NCBI GenBank assembly: GCA_964229535.1
Contig: CAXRDL010000054.1
Location: 6,558 to 70,557, forward strand
Reading direction: 5' to 3'
Length of the DNA stretch: 64,000 nt
DNA from: Flavobacteriaceae bacterium
GTDB lineage: Bacteria; Bacteroidota; Bacteroidia; Flavobacteriales; Flavobacteriaceae
Positions 61,929 to 64,000 of this stretch are shown here, in pieces. The notes beneath the pieces were generated by a model, which was not told the origin of the DNA, did no database searches, and saw only the letters and a list, made by a program, of their open reading frames with translations. Position 1 is the first letter of the stretch; each line of letters opens with the position of its first letter. Position numbers and translations under genes: made by a program.

Positions 61929-62805
61929 AAAATATGCTGCAATTGATGTTGGATCCAATGCCATTCGGTTGTTGATCATGAACATCATTGAGCGCAAAGG
62001 GGAGGAGCCACTGTTTACCAAAAATGCAATCATACGTGCGCCCATTCGATTGGGATCGGATTCCTTTGTGGTTGGTGAAATATCGTCCAAAAAGAAAAAG
62101 CGAATGATTGACTCCATCAAGGCCTTTCAGCTCCTGATGAAAGTGCACAATGTCGATCGCTATTTGGCCTATGCGACCTCCGCTTTGCGTGAGGCAAACA
62201 ACGGCTTACAGGTCACTGCCGAGATTCGAAAAAAAACAGGAGTTAAAATCGAAATTATCGATGGTCATCGTGAGGCAGAAATCATTGCTTCAACCGATTT
62301 GTATAAGGTAGTAAAGCCAGATCAAAACTATCTGTTTGTCGATGTGGGTGGCGGAAGCACCGAGCTGACGGTTTATAGTCAAGGGCAGATTGTGGTATCA
62401 AAATCCTTTAAGATCGGAACGGTACGTTTGCTTAAGAAAATGGTGGACAAATCAGTTTGGAACTCCTATAAGCGTTGGATTATCAAACACACTTCTGGCT
62501 ATGAGCAGATGTCGGTGTTGGGTTCTGGCGGAACGATTAACTCTCTGTTTAAACTCTCGGGAAACAGTGCTGGAGAGCCCTTGTCCTATGATTTTATCAA
62601 AGAAAAGTACAAAACCTTCCAGACGATGAGCCCCAAGCAAATGATGGTGGATTTTAGCTTTAATGCCGACCGTGCGGATGTGATCGAGCAAGCCACCCGC
62701 ATATACCTTATGGGCATGAAGCACTCCAATTCTACGCAGATTCATGTCCCCAAAGTCGGACTCGCCGACGGAATGGTAAAGTTGCTCTATAAGGAGAAAG
62801 GGTAG
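61891..62805 (+). CDS. ppx: Exopolyphosphatase (Ppx/GppA family)
   Basis: Motifs AAIDVGSNAIRLLI and DVGGGSTEL. The start is uncertain: ATG at 61891 or TTG at 61918; the ORF-track start at 61825 overlaps ppk1 by 104 nt. Confidence 0.85.
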   Translation: MTTTKTSSLLKVKKYAAIDVGSNAIRLLIMNIIERKGEEPLFTKNAIIRAPIRLGSDSFVVGEISSKKKKRMIDSIKAFQLLMKVHNVDRYLAYATSALREANNGLQVTAEIRKKTGVKIEIIDGHREAEIIASTDLYKVVKPDQNYLFVDVGGGSTELTVYSQGQIVVSKSFKIGTVRLLKKMVDKSVWNSYKRWIIKHTSGYEQMSVLGSGGTINSLFKLSGNSAGEPLSYDFIKEKYKTFQTMSPKQMMVDFSFNADRADVIEQATRIYLMGMKHSNSTQIHVPKVGLADGMVKLLYKEKG

Positions 62806-62813
62806 TCTTTCCG

Positions 62814-62839
62814 TTTTGTTGAGCCACTATTCAACAAAA
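62814..62839 (+). terminator. Hairpin after ppx (possible terminator, no T-tail)
   Basis: TTTTGTTGA (62814-62822) / 8-nt loop / TCAACAAAA (62831-62839). It is followed by an A-run rather than a T-run, so the terminator call is weak. Confidence 0.3.
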
Positions 62840-62989
62840 AATGATTACCTTGAACCCACAAACGCCCTAAATCGTTTGCCCAGATCAACAAATTGATTTC
62901 GCTTTTATTTCTAGGTTACAGATTAGGGAGTTTGGAGTTACGCAATGCGTATATTCAATTGTTGCCAGTAATTTTAAAACACAACGAAA

Positions 62990-63178
62990 ATGAGAAAAAT
63001 TAAACTTTTGACACTTTTAGCTTTGATGTTGAGAAGTATAGTAACAACTCAAGCACAGGAAAAACAGAATGAGATACAAGATCAGAAAGGTCCTGGATAC
63101 TATTTTGCTATTGCAGTTGGCAAAGATCATTTTAAATCTTTTGTTTATTATATGGAATTAAGAAAGTTTTATATGTAA
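62990..63178 (+). CDS. Small exported hypothetical protein (62 aa), possibly the N-terminal fragment of a frameshifted gene
   Basis: Signal peptide MRKIKLLTLLALMLRSIVTTQAQ. The region is AT-rich. The neighbouring frame is open from 63136 and continues into the next ORF. Confidence 0.35.
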   Translation: MRKIKLLTLLALMLRSIVTTQAQEKQNEIQDQKGPGYYFAIAVGKDHFKSFVYYMELRKFYM

Positions 63179-63186
63179 CAGACATT

Positions 63187-63438
63187 GTGTATACACCATG
63201 TGTAGTAACGAATAGTGAAGGAGAATATGACGAAGAGAATATAGATTCTTTATGGGAAGAATTTTTAAAATCGGAATATAAACATTATAATAGCTATTAC
63301 TACAAATATGAAGTAGGGGCCTTTTCCAGTTCCTCAAAAGAAGTGGCAGAAACCTCTCGCAACCAAGTCATACAACGTGCAAAAATGTATGATGCAAAAA
63401 TCGTTAAAGTCAAAAAATTTGAATACTTGTGTGTTTGA
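63187..63438 (+). CDS. Hypothetical protein (83 aa, GTG start in the ORF track), possibly the C-terminal fragment of the same gene
   Basis: Tyr/Glu-rich sequence with no motif I recognise. Its frame is open upstream to 63136 and overlaps the end of the previous ORF. Confidence 0.35.
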   Translation: MYTPCVVTNSEGEYDEENIDSLWEEFLKSEYKHYNSYYYKYEVGAFSSSSKEVAETSRNQVIQRAKMYDAKIVKVKKFEYLCV

Positions 63439-63443
63439 TTTTG

Positions 63444-63451
63444 TAAATTTG
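63444..63451 (+). promoter_or_regulatory. Candidate -7 box TAAATTTG upstream of the DUF4160/DUF2442 pair
   Basis: Exact TAnnTTTG match, 17 nt before the ATG at 63469. Confidence 0.35.
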
Positions 63452-63468
63452 TAGAATACGATAATTAA

Positions 63469-63702
63469 ATGCCTACACTTTTTAAAGTTTTTGGATTACG
63501 CTTTTTCTTCTATTCAAACGAACATGAGCCTATCCATATTCACGTTAGAAATGCAGACGGAGAAGCAAAATTTGATGTAGAAACTTTACAATGGATTGAT
63601 AACAAGGGAATAAAAAATAAGGATTTAAAACTTGCAGAAGCATTAATTGAAGAAAACAAAGACTTGATTATTAAGTCTTGGCATAACTACTTTAACAAAT
63701 AA
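63469..63702 (+). CDS. DUF4160 domain protein
   Basis: 77 aa. FGLRFFFYSNEHEPIHIHVRNADGEAKF matches my memory of the DUF4160 core (..F.....EH.PPH.H......EA.F). Confidence 0.7.
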   Translation: MPTLFKVFGLRFFFYSNEHEPIHIHVRNADGEAKFDVETLQWIDNKGIKNKDLKLAEALIEENKDLIIKSWHNYFNK

Positions 63703-63709
63703 TCAGATT

Positions 63710-63937
63710 ATGGAAGTACAAAAAATTTGGTTTGATAATAAAAACATCTTTCTAAAAACAAATGAGGGGATAGAAAAATCAATGCCTTTAAAATGGTTTC
63801 CACGATTAGAAAAGGCAACTCCAAAACAACGGAATAATTTTGAGTTATCACCCTTTGGAATACACTGGGAAGAGATAGACGAAGATTTAAGTTTTGAGGG
63901 ATTTTTCAAGTTCCAAAAAGAAAGAGCAGAGGTATAA
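63710..63937 (+). CDS. DUF2442 domain protein
   Basis: 75 aa. WFPRLEKATPKQRNNFELSPFGIHWEEIDEDLSFEGF matches my memory of the DUF2442 C-terminal motif (P.L..At..er.n.e....G..ihW.elDeDis.e.l). Confidence 0.7.
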   Translation: MEVQKIWFDNKNIFLKTNEGIEKSMPLKWFPRLEKATPKQRNNFELSPFGIHWEEIDEDLSFEGFFKFQKERAEV

Positions 63938-63955
63938 AAAACTACTGGCAACAAT

Positions 63956-63990
63956 GTGTAAAACGCCATGCTACGCACAGGCGTTTACAC
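63956..63990 (+). terminator. Hairpin downstream of the DUF2442 gene
   Basis: GTGTAAAACGCC (63956-63967) pairs with GGCGTTTACAC (63980-63990), giving 11 bp with one bulged A and a 12-nt loop. There is no T-run, so it could be a terminator or a repeat-element arm. Confidence 0.3.
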
Positions 63991-64000
63991 TGACCGTTAC

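Overview
This window is a densely packed, mostly housekeeping stretch of a Bacteroidota chromosome, probably Flavobacteriia-like. Support for that placement: T9SS-associated porQ-like and DUF4835 genes, the bamD-rpoZ-coaBC-DUF4835-recN gene order, TAnnTTTG-type -7 boxes, and very little Shine-Dalgarno usage. I can support about 68 protein-coding genes. They include ribD (partial), prmC, ligA, dapA, bamD, coaBC, recN, fabI, coaE, an HK/OmpR-type two-component pair, xerD, aroQ, lpdA and two tandem msrB genes. Also present are lon, cmk, rpsA, leuABCD, panB, dnaK, a near-complete menaquinone operon (thioesterase-menF-D-B-A-C-CPBP-menE), fumC and prfB with its classical +1 programmed frameshift. 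The remainder includes a CBS-like/AONS-like pair resembling the capnine (sulfonolipid) genes capA/capB, pyrR-pyrB-rnz, and pdxH-sixA-ppk1-ppx. I saw no rRNA, tRNA, CRISPR array, transposase/IS or phage genes, and no intergenic gap is large enough for a sizeable RNA gene. I do not see a clear-cut novel multi-gene system such as a defence island. The best candidates for something new are: (i) a CPBP intramembrane protease plus an unlisted 59-aa membrane micro-ORF, both translationally coupled inside the men operon; (ii) the visibly AT-richer segment after ppx (62.8-64.0 kb), which holds a possibly frameshifted exported ORF and a DUF4160/DUF2442 pair and may be the edge of an accessory island; (iii) several conserved-looking unknowns (167 aa, 514 aa, 113 aa) and small palindromes or repeats in promoter regions. 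All product calls rest on motifs I read in the translations and on remembered family knowledge; no database search was run.
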